64,000 bases of DNA from an uncultured Alphaproteobacteria bacterium (GTDB lineage Bacteria; Pseudomonadota; Alphaproteobacteria; Dongiales; Dongiaceae), in contig CAVOLB010000051.1 of assembly GCA_963696655.1 (NCBI GenBank), positions 11,354-75,353 of the forward strand. The letters are read 5' to 3'. The translations under genes were made by a program, and so were the position numbers. Below the pieces are notes generated by a model. That model was not told the DNA's origin. It saw only the letters and a list, made by a program, of their open reading frames with translations, and did not search any database. How positions within the stretch are numbered: position 1 is the first letter of the stretch; every line of letters starts with the position of its first letter. Shown in pieces: positions 9,979-19,605 of this stretch.

Positions 9979-11082
9979 TCAGGCGGCGATCTCCGAGGAT
10001 TTGATCGTGTAGACGAACGTCGCCGGATCGAGGCAGTCGCAACGCACGCCGGCGGATTCGGCCTGCGGATACATGAGGAACGCCACCTTGGGCCCCTTGG
10101 CGTCCGGCAGCGTCACGTCGTGCGCGAAGTTATAGGCGAGCCAATTGCCTTCCCTGCTTCCGAACAAGGCAGCGCGCACGGCGGCGACCTTCTCATCGTC
10201 GATCGCGAGATTGCCGGGCGGCTCCTCCAGGATGACCTTGCGGACATCGGCGGCATCGACGGGAACCCAGCCATAGCCGCCGAGATAGACCTCCGCGCGG
10301 CAATGCTGCGATTTCGAGATGACCTCGGAGCCGGCCCCCAGGCTCTTATAGCCGAACCGGGAGGGGGCGACGCGGATGCCATAGATGTCGCGCGCCGGCA
10401 GACCCGACGCCCGGGCAAGTCCGACATACAAGGCGTTCAGATCCGCGCATTTGCCGCCGAGATTGCCCGTCTGCAGCATGCTGGCGATATCGCCGACGCC
10501 GCAGCCCCGGACCTTGGGATCGCGGAAGGTGTTTTCCACGATCCACTCATAGATGGCGCGCGCCTTCTCGACTTCGCTGGCGGCGTTCGCCGTGATCTTG
10601 TCGGCGGTCTCCTTGACGATTCCATCGGTTGGAATGAGTGCGGTCGGCGCGAGATAGAGCGTGCGCTCGGCCTCGGTGAGAGGCGCGACGTCGCCGGGCT
10701 TTGAAAAATCGGTCGCGCGGTCGCGCGTCGTGATCCGGCTCGTGATCTCGACGACGGGCGCCTTTTCGCCTTCCGCCCATTCGAGGTGCAGCATCTGGGC
10801 GCCATATTTCGGGTCGCGCAGCAGCTGCGCCGACCTGGCGTTCGTCTTCCAGTCATTGCCGTCGGACCGGAACCATGCGGCCTCGTTGACGGATGGCAAG
10901 GGAACCCAGGCCTGCACATCGCCCTCCGGTTGGGCGATTTCCAGCCGGGTGACGACTTGGAAACTGCGCCATGCGCCGGGTGCCGGGGCAAATGCGGCTT
11001 GAGCGAATGCGAGACGCGGGAAGGCCGCAACCGCCGATAGAGCCGCGCCAGCCTTCAGGAACTCACGTCGATTGGGTGACAT
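9979..11082 (-). CDS. Tat-exported transglutaminase-like domain protein
   Basis: Twin-arginine signal [27 protein letters not shown]. Central [26 protein letters not shown]...HCRAEVY is a transglutaminase-core Cys/His pattern. Confidence 0.75.
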   Translation of the reverse strand: MSPNRREFLKAGAALSAVAAFPRLAFAQAAFAPAPGAWRSFQVVTRLEIAQPEGDVQAWVPLPSVNEAAWFRSDGNDWKTNARSAQLLRDPKYGAQMLHLEWAEGEKAPVVEITSRITTRDRATDFSKPGDVAPLTEAERTLYLAPTALIPTDGIVKETADKITANAASEVEKARAIYEWIVENTFRDPKVRGCGVGDIASMLQTGNLGGKCADLNALYVGLARASGLPARDIYGIRVAPSRFGYKSLGAGSEVISKSQHCRAEVYLGGYGWVPVDAADVRKVILEEPPGNLAIDDEKVAAVRAALFGSREGNWLAYNFAHDVTLPDAKGPKVAFLMYPQAESAGVRCDCLDPATFVYTIKSSEIAA

Positions 11083-11656
11083 CGATCTCTCCTATGCGGA
11101 CCGGAATTTCGCTTGCTCGGCCGTCTCCGGCGGCGGCGCCCGCCCCCCATGGAAGGCCCGAGCCGCGTCGCCGGAGGCGATCGCAGGACAGCCGTTGACA
11201 CCACGCGGCGAGCAGACGCGCGAGCACAATTCGATCATTTCGTTCGAAAGTCTGGGTGCGGGGAGCCGGCCCGGCAGGGGTCGATATTGACCGCCTTGCC
11301 ACAACTCCATCGGCTCCTCTCCCACGCTTCGGGCGGGAGAGCGACCTGGTAGGCGGTTGCCCCGTAACACGGGAGCCGCTGGCTTAAGCACGGAACCCAT
11401 TATGAAACCGCCATATCCGCTGTCAATCCCGACCAACGGATGAGAGGATCGGTCGCGATGAAATTCGCGTGACGCCGGACCCGGCTGGGGCGGTTTGTTC
11501 CGGCCGTGCTGCGATTTGTACATCCATGCCCGATAGTCGACGTCGATCTGACTCGACATCGCGTTGCGATATGATGGAATCTTGCCGATCGGGTGCTACG
11601 GCCTTAATAAGCATCTGTGGGAACGGTCAGTTTCGCTGCAGCAGGAGGTTATGTTC

Positions 11657-14600
11657 ATGAATGAAATCTCCATGAAATTGGACGTCTCGCGGCGCCTGTT
11701 CCTGAAGAGCGCCGGCGTCGGCATCGCGGGCACGACGCTCGGAGCGCTGGGCTTCGGCGAAGCCGAGGCGGCCACCGCGCTGACGGTCCGGCCTTACAAG
11801 CTCGCCAACACCACCGAGACCCGCAACACCTGCCCCTACTGCTCGGTGGCCTGCGGCATCATCATGTATTCGAAGGGCGACCTGAAGAAGGGCGAGCGGG
11901 CCGACATCATCCATATCGAGGGCGATCCCGACCATCCGACCAATCGCGGCACGCTATGCCCCAAGGGCGCGGGACTGCTCGATTTCGTTCATTCCGAGAC
12001 GCGTCTCAAATATCCGATGATCCGCAAGCCGGGCGCGGACAAGTTCGAGCGCGTGTCGTGGGACGACGCGCTCGATCGCATCGCGCGGCTGATGAAGGAC
12101 GATCGCGACAAGAACTTCATCGCCAAGAACAGCGACGGGGCGACCGTCAACCGCTGGATCAGCACCGGCTTCCTGGCGGCGTCGGCGACCACCAACGAAA
12201 CCGCGTTCCACACTTATAAGGTGGTGCGCGGCGCGGGAATGCTGGTCTTCGATAATCAAGCCAGGGTCTGACACGGCCCTACGGTGTCCAGTTTGGGCCC
12301 GACATTTGGCCGTGGTGCGATGACCAATGCTTGGACTGATATCAAGAATACGGATCTGGCCGTCATCATGGGCGGCAATGCTGCCGAGGCCCATCCTTGC
12401 GGCTTCAAATGGGTCGTCGAAGCGAAGGCGAATCGCGGCGCCAGGCTGATCGTCATCGACCCGCGTTTCACGCGCTCGGCATCGGTGGCCGATTTCTACG
12501 CGCCGATCCGCCAGGGAACCGACATCGCGTTCCTGCTCGGTGTCATCAACTACTGCATGCAGAACGGAAAGGTGCAGTGGGAGTATCTGAAATCCTTCAC
12601 CAATGCGACCTTCCTCATCAAGGACGGCTTCTCCTATCAGGATGGCCTGTTCAGCGGCTATGTCGATGAGAAGCGCGACTACGACCGGTCGACATGGGAC
12701 TACGAGATCGGCGACGACGGCTACGCCGTGGTCGATGAGACCCTCCAGAATCCGCGCTGCGTCTGGAACCTGCTGAAGGAGCATGTCGCGGTCTACACGC
12801 CCGAGATGGTGGAGCGCATCTGCGGGACGCCGAAGGAGACGTTCCTCAAGGTCGCGCAGATGATGGGCGAGACCTCCGCGCCCGACAAGGCGATGACGTC
12901 CATGTATGCGCTCGGCTGGACCCAGCATTCCAAGGGGGCCCAGAACATCCGCACCATGGCGATGCTGCAGCTCATTCTCGGCAATATCGGCCTGCGCGGC
13001 GGCGGCATGAATGCCTTGCGGGGCCATTCCAACATCCAGGGACTGACCGACGTCGGCTTGATGTCGAACCTGATTCCGGGGTACCTGACGCTGCCAGCCG
13101 ACAAGGAGGTCGATCTCGCCACCTACATGTCGAGCCGGGCCTTCAAGCCGCTGCGGCCGAACCAGACGAGCTACTGGCAGAACTACAAGAAGTTCTTCGT
13201 GAGCTTCCAGAAGGCGATGTGGGGCCCGGCGGCGACGGCCGAGAACGACTTCGCCTACGATTTCCTGCCCAAGCTCGATGTCTCTGGCTACGACATCCTG
13301 CGCGCCTTCGAGCTGATGAGCCAGGGCAAGATGAACGGGTATTTCTGCCAGGGCTTCAACCCGCTGCTCGCGGTTCCAAACCGCGCCAAGGTGACGGCGG
13401 CGCTTTCCCAGCTCAAATTTCTCGTCACCATGGACCCGCTCGACACGGAGACGTCGAGATTCTGGGAAAATCACGGCGAGCACAACGATGTGGATACCGC
13501 CGGCATCCAGACCGAGGTCATTCAGCTGCCGTCGACCTGCTTCGCCGAAGACGAGGGTTCTCTCACCAATTCGGGCCGGTGGCTGCAATGGCACTGGTCC
13601 GGCGGCACGCCCCCGGGCGAGGCCAAGAGCGACATCTGGATCATGACGCAGATCTATCGGCGTCTGAAGGATCTCTATGTCAAGGAGGGCGGGGCCTTTC
13701 CGGATCCCATCGTCAATCTGCAATGGCCATATGCCGACCCCCTGGATCCAAAGCCCGAGGAGATCGCGAAGGAGATCAATGGCTACGTGATCGAAAACGT
13801 GGTCGATCCGAACGATCCGACCAAAGTCATACTGGAGAAGGGCAAGCAGGTCGCGAGTTTCGCGGTGCTGCGCGACGACGGGACGACGGCCAGCGGCTGC
13901 TGGATCTATTCCGGCTGCTTCAATGAATCGGGCAACAACATGGCCCGCCGCGACAACACCGATGCCGGCGATGCCGGCACCTTCCCGAACTGGACGTTCT
14001 CCTGGCCGGTCAACCGCCGCATCCTCTACAATCGCGCGTCGGCGGATCTGTCCGGCAAGGCTTGGGATCCCAGCCGCAAGCTCATCGAATGGGACGGCGC
14101 GAAATGGTCGGGCTACGACGTTCCCGACATCTCGCCGACCGCCAAGCCCGCCGAGGTCGGTCCCTTCATCATGAACGACGAGGGAATGGGGCGACTGTTC
14201 GTCCGCAAGGCCATGCGGGATGGACCGTTCCCGGCGCATTACGAGCCGTTCGAATCGCCGATGACCAATCTTGTCGCTCCGAAGCTGCGCGGGAATCCTG
14301 CGGCCCGCGTGTTCAAGGACGATTTCGCGCAATTCGGCGATGTGGAGAAGTTTCCCTATGCTGCGACCTCCTATCGCCTGACGGAACATTTCCACTACTG
14401 GACCAAGCACGCCCGGATCAACTCGATCCTTCAGCCCGAATTCTTTGTCGAGATCTCGGAGGAGCTTGCGCAGGAGAAGGGCATAACGCTCGGCGGCTGG
14501 GTCCGGGTCTGGTCGAACCGCGGATCGGTCAAGGCCAAGGCCGTCGTCACCAAGCGCATCAAGCCGATCATCTGCGATGGAAAGGCCGTGCATGTGGTCG

Positions 14601-14752
14601 GTATTCCGCTCCATTGGGGCTTCATGGGTCTCACCAAGAAGGGCTTCGGTCCGAATTCGTTGACTCCTGTCGTGGGCGATGCCAACAGCGATACGCCCGA
14701 GTTCAAGGCGTTCCTGGTGAATATCGAGCCCATCGCCGGGCCCGTGGCGTAG
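11657..14752 (+). CDS. fdnG: formate dehydrogenase-N/O-type alpha subunit, selenocysteine-containing, Tat-exported
   Basis: The two track ORFs (11564..12271 and 12284..14752) are in one frame, joined by TGA 12269-12271. The context FDNQARV-U-HGPTVSSLGPTFGRGAMTN matches the E. coli FdnG Sec site. Tat signal is SRRLFLKSAG. AGGAGG lies 8 nt before the ATG at 11657. Confidence 0.93.
12272..12314 (+). promoter_or_regulatory. putative bacterial SECIS hairpin immediately 3' of the Sec UGA
   Basis: Outer stem is CACGGCC (12272-78) with GGCCGTG (12308-14). Inner stem is GGTGTC (12283-88) with GACATT (12301-06). Loop is 12 nt. Folded by eye only. Confidence 0.55.
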
Positions 14753-14761
14753 GAGGGAGAC

Positions 14762-15712
14762 ATGGCACTCTTCGAATTCGAGCTCCCTCCGGCGCCGACC
14801 GAGAACATCCATGAGGACCTGAACGAAGGCGACTTCATCAGGCGCTCGGCCTCCAGCGTGCCGCCGCCCGCGCGGCAATTGACGCCGGTCGCCAAGCTGA
14901 TCGACGTCTCGAAATGCATCGGCTGCAAGGCTTGCCAGTCCGCCTGTCTCGAATGGAACGATCTCCGCGACGAGATCGGCATCAATCACGGCGTCTACGA
15001 CAACCCGCTGGACCTGACGCCGGAGAGCCTGACGGTGATGCGTTTCACCGAATGGGTGAACCCCGAGACCCAGAATCTGGAGTGGCTGATCCGCAAGGAT
15101 GGCTGCATGCATTGCGCGGATCCGGGCTGCCTCAAGGCCTGCCCGGCGCCCGGTGCGATCGTCCAATATTCCAACGGCATCGTCGACTTCATCCACGAGA
15201 ACTGCATCGGTTGCGGCTATTGCGTGAAGGGTTGCCCCTTCAACATCCCCCGCATCTCGAAGGTCGATCACAAGGCCTATAAATGCACGCTCTGCTCCGA
15301 TCGCGTTGCCGTCGGGCAAGGGCCGGCCTGCGCCCGCGCCTGTCCGACCCATGCGATCATCTTCGGCACCAAGGAGGAGATGAAGCAGCATGCCGAGGGC
15401 CGGATCGCGGACCTCAAGTCGCGCGGCTATGCCAATGCGGGCCTCTACGATCCGCCCGGCGTCGGCGGCACGCATGTGATGTATGTGCTTCATCACGCCG
15501 ACCAGCCGGAGATCTATGCCGGCCTGGCGAAGGAGCCGCGGATCAGCCCGCTGGTCGAGATCTGGAAGGGCGCCAGCAAATATGCCGGCCTCGCGGTGAT
15601 GGGCGGCATGGCCGCCTTCGGCCTCCTTCATTACTTGGTTTCGGGCCCCAACAAGGCTTCGGCCGAGGACGAACGCAATGCCGAGCGGCTGGCCGGGAGC
15701 GGCAAGCCATGA
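14762..15712 (+). CDS. fdnH: formate dehydrogenase iron-sulfur (beta) subunit
   Basis: Multiple CxxCxxCxxxC ferredoxin motifs ([38 protein letters not shown]) and a C-terminal TM helix. Confidence 0.92.
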   Translation: MALFEFELPPAPTENIHEDLNEGDFIRRSASSVPPPARQLTPVAKLIDVSKCIGCKACQSACLEWNDLRDEIGINHGVYDNPLDLTPESLTVMRFTEWVNPETQNLEWLIRKDGCMHCADPGCLKACPAPGAIVQYSNGIVDFIHENCIGCGYCVKGCPFNIPRISKVDHKAYKCTLCSDRVAVGQGPACARACPTHAIIFGTKEEMKQHAEGRIADLKSRGYANAGLYDPPGVGGTHVMYVLHHADQPEIYAGLAKEPRISPLVEIWKGASKYAGLAVMGGMAAFGLLHYLVSGPNKASAEDERNAERLAGSGKP

Positions 15713-16422
15713 CCGGGCAGAAACCGAAATACGAGGCCGAGCCGGGGGACGCCGTCCATCCGGGGCATCCGGTGACGGTCGATCGCTACACCCTGGCCGC
15801 GCGGATCAACCACTGGATCACCGCGGTCTCCCTCGTCCTGCTCGCTTTGTCGGGCCTTTCGATGTTCCATCCCAGTCTGTTCTTCCTGACCGACCTGTTC
15901 GGCGGCGGGCAGTTCACGCGCACCATCCATCCCTGGATCGGCGTGGTGCTGGTCTTCAGCTTTCTCGGGATGTTCCTGCGCTTCTGGAAGCTCAATCTGT
16001 GGAAGCGCGACGACATCGTCTGGCTGTCGCGGCTGCGCGACGTGCTGACCAGCCAGGAGGAGAAGCTGCCCGAGGTCGGCAAGTACAATGCCGGCCAGAA
16101 GATGGTGTTCTGGTCGATGTCGATCCTGATCGTGATCCTGATCTCGACCGGGATCGTCATCTGGGAGCGTTATTTCAGCAGCTATTTCTCCATCGAGCAG
16201 CAGCGCATCGCCGTGCTGATCCACTCCGCCATGGCCGTCGTCGCTATCAGCGTCTGGATCGTCCATGTCTATGCCGCGATCTGGATCCGCGGCACCTTCA
16301 GCGCCATGATCCGCGGTCATGTCACCGGCGGCTGGGCCTGGCGGCATCATCGCAAATGGCTGAAGCAGCTCGTTATCGGGAAACCGAAAGACAATAACGC
16401 CGGCAAGACCGCCGCCGAATAG
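15709..16422 (+). CDS. fdnI: formate dehydrogenase cytochrome b556 (gamma) subunit
   Basis: ATG at 15709 overlaps the fdnH stop (ATGA). Four TM helices with conserved His (INHWITAV..., HPWIG, IHSAMAV...HVY). Confidence 0.88.
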   Translation: MTGQKPKYEAEPGDAVHPGHPVTVDRYTLAARINHWITAVSLVLLALSGLSMFHPSLFFLTDLFGGGQFTRTIHPWIGVVLVFSFLGMFLRFWKLNLWKRDDIVWLSRLRDVLTSQEEKLPEVGKYNAGQKMVFWSMSILIVILISTGIVIWERYFSSYFSIEQQRIAVLIHSAMAVVAISVWIVHVYAAIWIRGTFSAMIRGHVTGGWAWRHHRKWLKQLVIGKPKDNNAGKTAAE

Positions 16423-16474
16423 GGTCGGTCGAACAGCCTGGTCGACACGTGGCCCGTGCGGTTCGTGAGGTGAA

Positions 16475-17395
16475 GTGATGGCAAAGCCCGGCGCGCCCCG
16501 CCCTGATCCCACCGTCATCGGCGAGATGGCGAAGCCGCCCTTCGCGCGGCTTCCCGAGCTGGGCGATTTCTTCATGCGGCGCGCCAGGCGTTTCCAGAGC
16601 CTGGCCGCCGGCCACGATCTGAAACCCTATCTCCTGTTCCTGGCGAACATCTGCGCCATCCAGCACGGAATCCAGGGGCGCCTCCCGGCGGCCGAACTGC
16701 CGGCCGACGACCGCATGGCGCGGGCGAAGGCGCATGGCATGCCGCCGCTCGACCGGGGCGGTTTCACGCCGGACGCAACCTTCGCTGCGACCCTCGATCA
16801 CCTGCTCGCATCGGCGGCCACCTTCGAGATGCCGGAAGCCGCGCAGGCTGCGCTCCGCAACGTGACGAAGGCCAATTCCGCCACCCGCGCCGAAATGGTC
16901 CGGTCGGCACTCGAAGACTCCATCCCCGTCGAGGCGATCGCCGAGCATCTGTTCGTGGCCGCGGCGCTCCAGCTCCATTTCGCGCGGCTCGCGGCGCAGC
17001 TCGACGCGAAGGCGCTCGTCCCGGTCGGCGACGGCGTCTGCCCGGCCTGCGGCGGTCCGGTGGTCTCGTCGATGGTCGTCGGCTGGATGGAGGCGCAGGG
17101 AACGCGCTTCTGCGCCTGCTCGCTCTGCGGCACGCTGTGGAACTATGTGCGAGTCAAATGCACGCTCTGCGCATCGACCAAGGGCATCTCCTACCGGGAG
17201 ATCGAAGGCGGAGCGGGGACGGTCAAGGCCGAGACCTGTGACATCTGCCGAAGCTATGTGAAGATCCTGCACCAGCACAAGGACCCGGCGCTCGATCCGG
17301 TGGCCGACGACGTGGCGTCGCTCGGCCTCGACCTGCTCATGCGCGAGACCGAGCTGCGGCGGGGCGGGATGAACCCGTTCCTGCTGGGTTACTGA
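16475..17395 (+). CDS. fdhE: formate dehydrogenase accessory protein FdhE
   Basis: Paired Cys motifs CPACGG...CSLCG...CTLC...CDICRSYVK, and its position after fdnGHI. Confidence 0.9.
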   Translation: MMAKPGAPRPDPTVIGEMAKPPFARLPELGDFFMRRARRFQSLAAGHDLKPYLLFLANICAIQHGIQGRLPAAELPADDRMARAKAHGMPPLDRGGFTPDATFAATLDHLLASAATFEMPEAAQAALRNVTKANSATRAEMVRSALEDSIPVEAIAEHLFVAAALQLHFARLAAQLDAKALVPVGDGVCPACGGPVVSSMVVGWMEAQGTRFCACSLCGTLWNYVRVKCTLCASTKGISYREIEGGAGTVKAETCDICRSYVKILHQHKDPALDPVADDVASLGLDLLMRETELRRGGMNPFLLGY

Positions 17396-17405
17396 GGGGC
17401 GGGCG

Positions 17406-18827
17406 ATGACCAGCGACGTCGATGCCCTCCGCCGCCTGCCCTCCGTGGACGAGGTGTTGAAGACGCCAACGGTGACCGCCGCCAAGGATCGTTTCGGGCA
17501 TGATGCGGCGGTCGCGGCCGTGCGCCAGGCCCTTGATGCGACGCGCGCGGCCGTCCGCGCGGGGCACAGCGCGGGGACAGGGCCGGATGAGGTGGCCGCC
17601 GCCGCTCTGGCGCGTCTCGATCGCGACGCGCAGCCCAAGGTGCGGCCGGTCTTCAATCTCACCGGCACGGTGCTGCACACCAATCTCGGCCGGGCGGTGC
17701 TCGCCGAGGCGGCGGTCGAGGCCGCCGTCACCGCCATGCGCCAGGCGATCGCGCTCGAGTTCGATCTCGAGACAGGCCGGCGCGGCGAGCGCGATGGCCT
17801 GATCCGCGACCTGCTGTGCGATCTGACGGGAGCGGAGGATGCGACCGTCGTCAACAACAACGCCGCCGCGGTGCTGGTCGTGCTCAACACGCTGGCCAAG
17901 GGGCGCGAGGCGATCGTCTCGCGCGGCGAGCTGATCGAGATCGGCGGCGCCTTCCGCATGCCCGACATCATGGCGCGGGCCGGCGCCAGGCTGGTCGAGG
18001 TCGGGACCACCAACCGGACGCATCGCAGGGACTATGCCGAGGCACTGCGGAAACAGACCGGCCTCATTCTCAAGGTCCATACCTCCAACTACCGGATCGA
18101 AGGGTTCGTCGCCGAAGTGCCGGCGCGGGAGCTGGCCCTGCTCGCACGCGAGCATGGTGTGCCGCTGGTCAACGATCTGGGGTCGGGGACGCTGGTCGAC
18201 CTGGCCCGTTATGGCTTGGTTCATGAGCCGACCGTCGCCGAAGCGATCGCCGAGGGCGCCGATCTCGTGACGTTCTCCGGCGACAAGCTGCTGGGCGGCC
18301 CCCAGGCCGGCTTCATCCTGGGTCGCAAGGAGCTGATCGCCCGGATCAACCGCAACCCGATGAAACGCGCCTTGCGGGTGGACAAGATCCGGCTGGCTGC
18401 GATCGAGGCGACGCTGCGCCTCTATAAGGACCCCGACCGCGTCGCCGCGCGGTTGCCGACGCTACGCCTGCTGACCCGTCCGAAAGCCGACATTCTGGCC
18501 CAGGCGCAGCGGCTGAGCCCGGCCGTCGCCGCGGCCGTCGGGCCCGCCTTCGCCGTCGAGGTCGTCGATTGCACCAGCCAGATCGGTTCGGGCGCGCTGC
18601 CGCTCGAAGCCATTCCGAGCGCCGGCCTCGCCATCCGCCCGACCGCGGCCCGCGGCAGCGGACGCCTGCTGACCGCCCTCGCCGCGGCGCTCCGCAATCT
18701 GCCGACCCCCGTCATCGCGCGGATCGAGGATCAGGCCCTGACGCTCGATTTGCGCTGCCTCGAGGATGAGCCGGGCTTCGCGGCCAATCTCGAGAACCTC
18801 CGGGGAGCGATCGATGCCCCGGCTTGA
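17406..18827 (+). CDS. selA: L-seryl-tRNA(Sec) selenium transferase
   Basis: LPSVDEVL N-terminus, NNNAAAVLVVLN, and the PLP-lysine context FSGDKLLGGPQAG. Confidence 0.92.
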   Translation: MTSDVDALRRLPSVDEVLKTPTVTAAKDRFGHDAAVAAVRQALDATRAAVRAGHSAGTGPDEVAAAALARLDRDAQPKVRPVFNLTGTVLHTNLGRAVLAEAAVEAAVTAMRQAIALEFDLETGRRGERDGLIRDLLCDLTGAEDATVVNNNAAAVLVVLNTLAKGREAIVSRGELIEIGGAFRMPDIMARAGARLVEVGTTNRTHRRDYAEALRKQTGLILKVHTSNYRIEGFVAEVPARELALLAREHGVPLVNDLGSGTLVDLARYGLVHEPTVAEAIAEGADLVTFSGDKLLGGPQAGFILGRKELIARINRNPMKRALRVDKIRLAAIEATLRLYKDPDRVAARLPTLRLLTRPKADILAQAQRLSPAVAAAVGPAFAVEVVDCTSQIGSGALPLEAIPSAGLAIRPTAARGSGRLLTALAAALRNLPTPVIARIEDQALTLDLRCLEDEPGFAANLENLRGAIDAPA

Positions 18828-19605
18828 TCGTCTCGCAAATCAAGGACAGTGGGATACCGAGGTGGCGACCCAGATGGACGCCGCCTACGAAGCCGCGGAC
18901 CGTCGGGACTACGCGACGGCGCTGGCGATCTGGGGGCCGCTCGCCCATGCGGGCGTGGCCCGGGCCCAGAACAATATCGGGGCCTGCTTCGCGGAAGGCC
19001 TTGCCGTCGACCGAGACCCGGCCCTCGCGCAGCGCTGGCTCACTTTGGCGGCGGAGGCCGGCGACCCGGTCGGGCAGCGCAATCTCGCGGCACTCTATTT
19101 CCGGGGCGAAGGCATCGAGCAGGACTACGCCCGCGCCGCAGAGCTCTATCGGGCGGCCGCGGAGCAGGGCGACGGTCCGGCGCAGGACATGCTGAGCTGG
19201 ATGCAACTGGAGGGGGAGTGCATCCCGCGCGACATCGCGCAAGCGCGGCGCTGGGCGCGGGCGGCGGCCGATCAAGGGATCGCGCCGGCGATGACGCGCC
19301 TGGGCATGCTCTATCACAATGCGCTGGGCGTCGACCGGGATCCGGTGGAAGCGGCGCGCTGGTGGCGCCGCGGCGGCGAGCGGGGCGATGCCGACGGACA
19401 GGCGATGCTGGGCGCCGCCCTCGCGCTGGGCTCCGGCGTTGCGCGCGATCCGGTCGCGGCTCTCGCCTGGCTGCTGCGCGCCCAGGCCGGCGGCAGCGCG
19501 CTCGCGGCACCCTTTCTGCCGGCGGCCCGGGCGGCGCTCGATGCCGACGGCCTTGCCGAGGCCCAGCGGCGCGCCGTCCTTCCCCTGCCGGAGCCGTCGC
19601 CGTGA
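18814..19605 (+). CDS. Sel1-like repeat (SLR/TPR-like) protein nested between selA and selB
   Basis: At least five SLR units (AQNNIGACFAEGLAVDRDPALAQRWLTLAAEAGD, GQRNLAALYFRGEGIEQDYARAAELYRAAAEQGD, and so on). The ATG at 18814 overlaps the selA 3' end by 14 nt, and the stop overlaps the selB GTG (GTGA). Confidence 0.8.
   Translation: MPRLDRLANQGQWDTEVATQMDAAYEAADRRDYATALAIWGPLAHAGVARAQNNIGACFAEGLAVDRDPALAQRWLTLAAEAGDPVGQRNLAALYFRGEGIEQDYARAAELYRAAAEQGDGPAQDMLSWMQLEGECIPRDIAQARRWARAAADQGIAPAMTRLGMLYHNALGVDRDPVEAARWWRRGGERGDADGQAMLGAALALGSGVARDPVAALAWLLRAQAGGSALAAPFLPAARAALDADGLAEAQRRAVLPLPEPSP

Noticed and set aside
11092-11559. 155-aa minus-strand ORF, and a possible riboswitch, in the 570-bp region upstream of fdnG
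   Set aside because: The ORF has no coding-like composition or SD. I saw a few short hairpins (for example CTCTCCC...GGGAGAG near 11320-11345) but could not match them to the Moco or any other riboswitch consensus from memory, so no call is made.
12269-12271. fdnG read as a pseudogene or as two separate genes
   Set aside because: The TGA sits exactly at the conserved Sec position of FdnG, and a full sel gene set plus tRNA-Sec is adjacent. I interpret it as recoding, not disruption.
11954-15631. 1225-aa ORF on the minus strand
   Set aside because: It lies entirely antisense to fdnG/fdnH, which have unambiguous homology. Its translation is Arg/Gly/Asp/His-rich with no motifs, a typical high-GC shadow ORF.
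18849-19601. 251-codon N-terminal extension of the SelB reading frame
   Set aside because: The translation is Arg/Gly/Pro junk. The same DNA encodes well-formed Sel1 repeats in another frame. The SelB G-domain begins exactly at GTG 19602.
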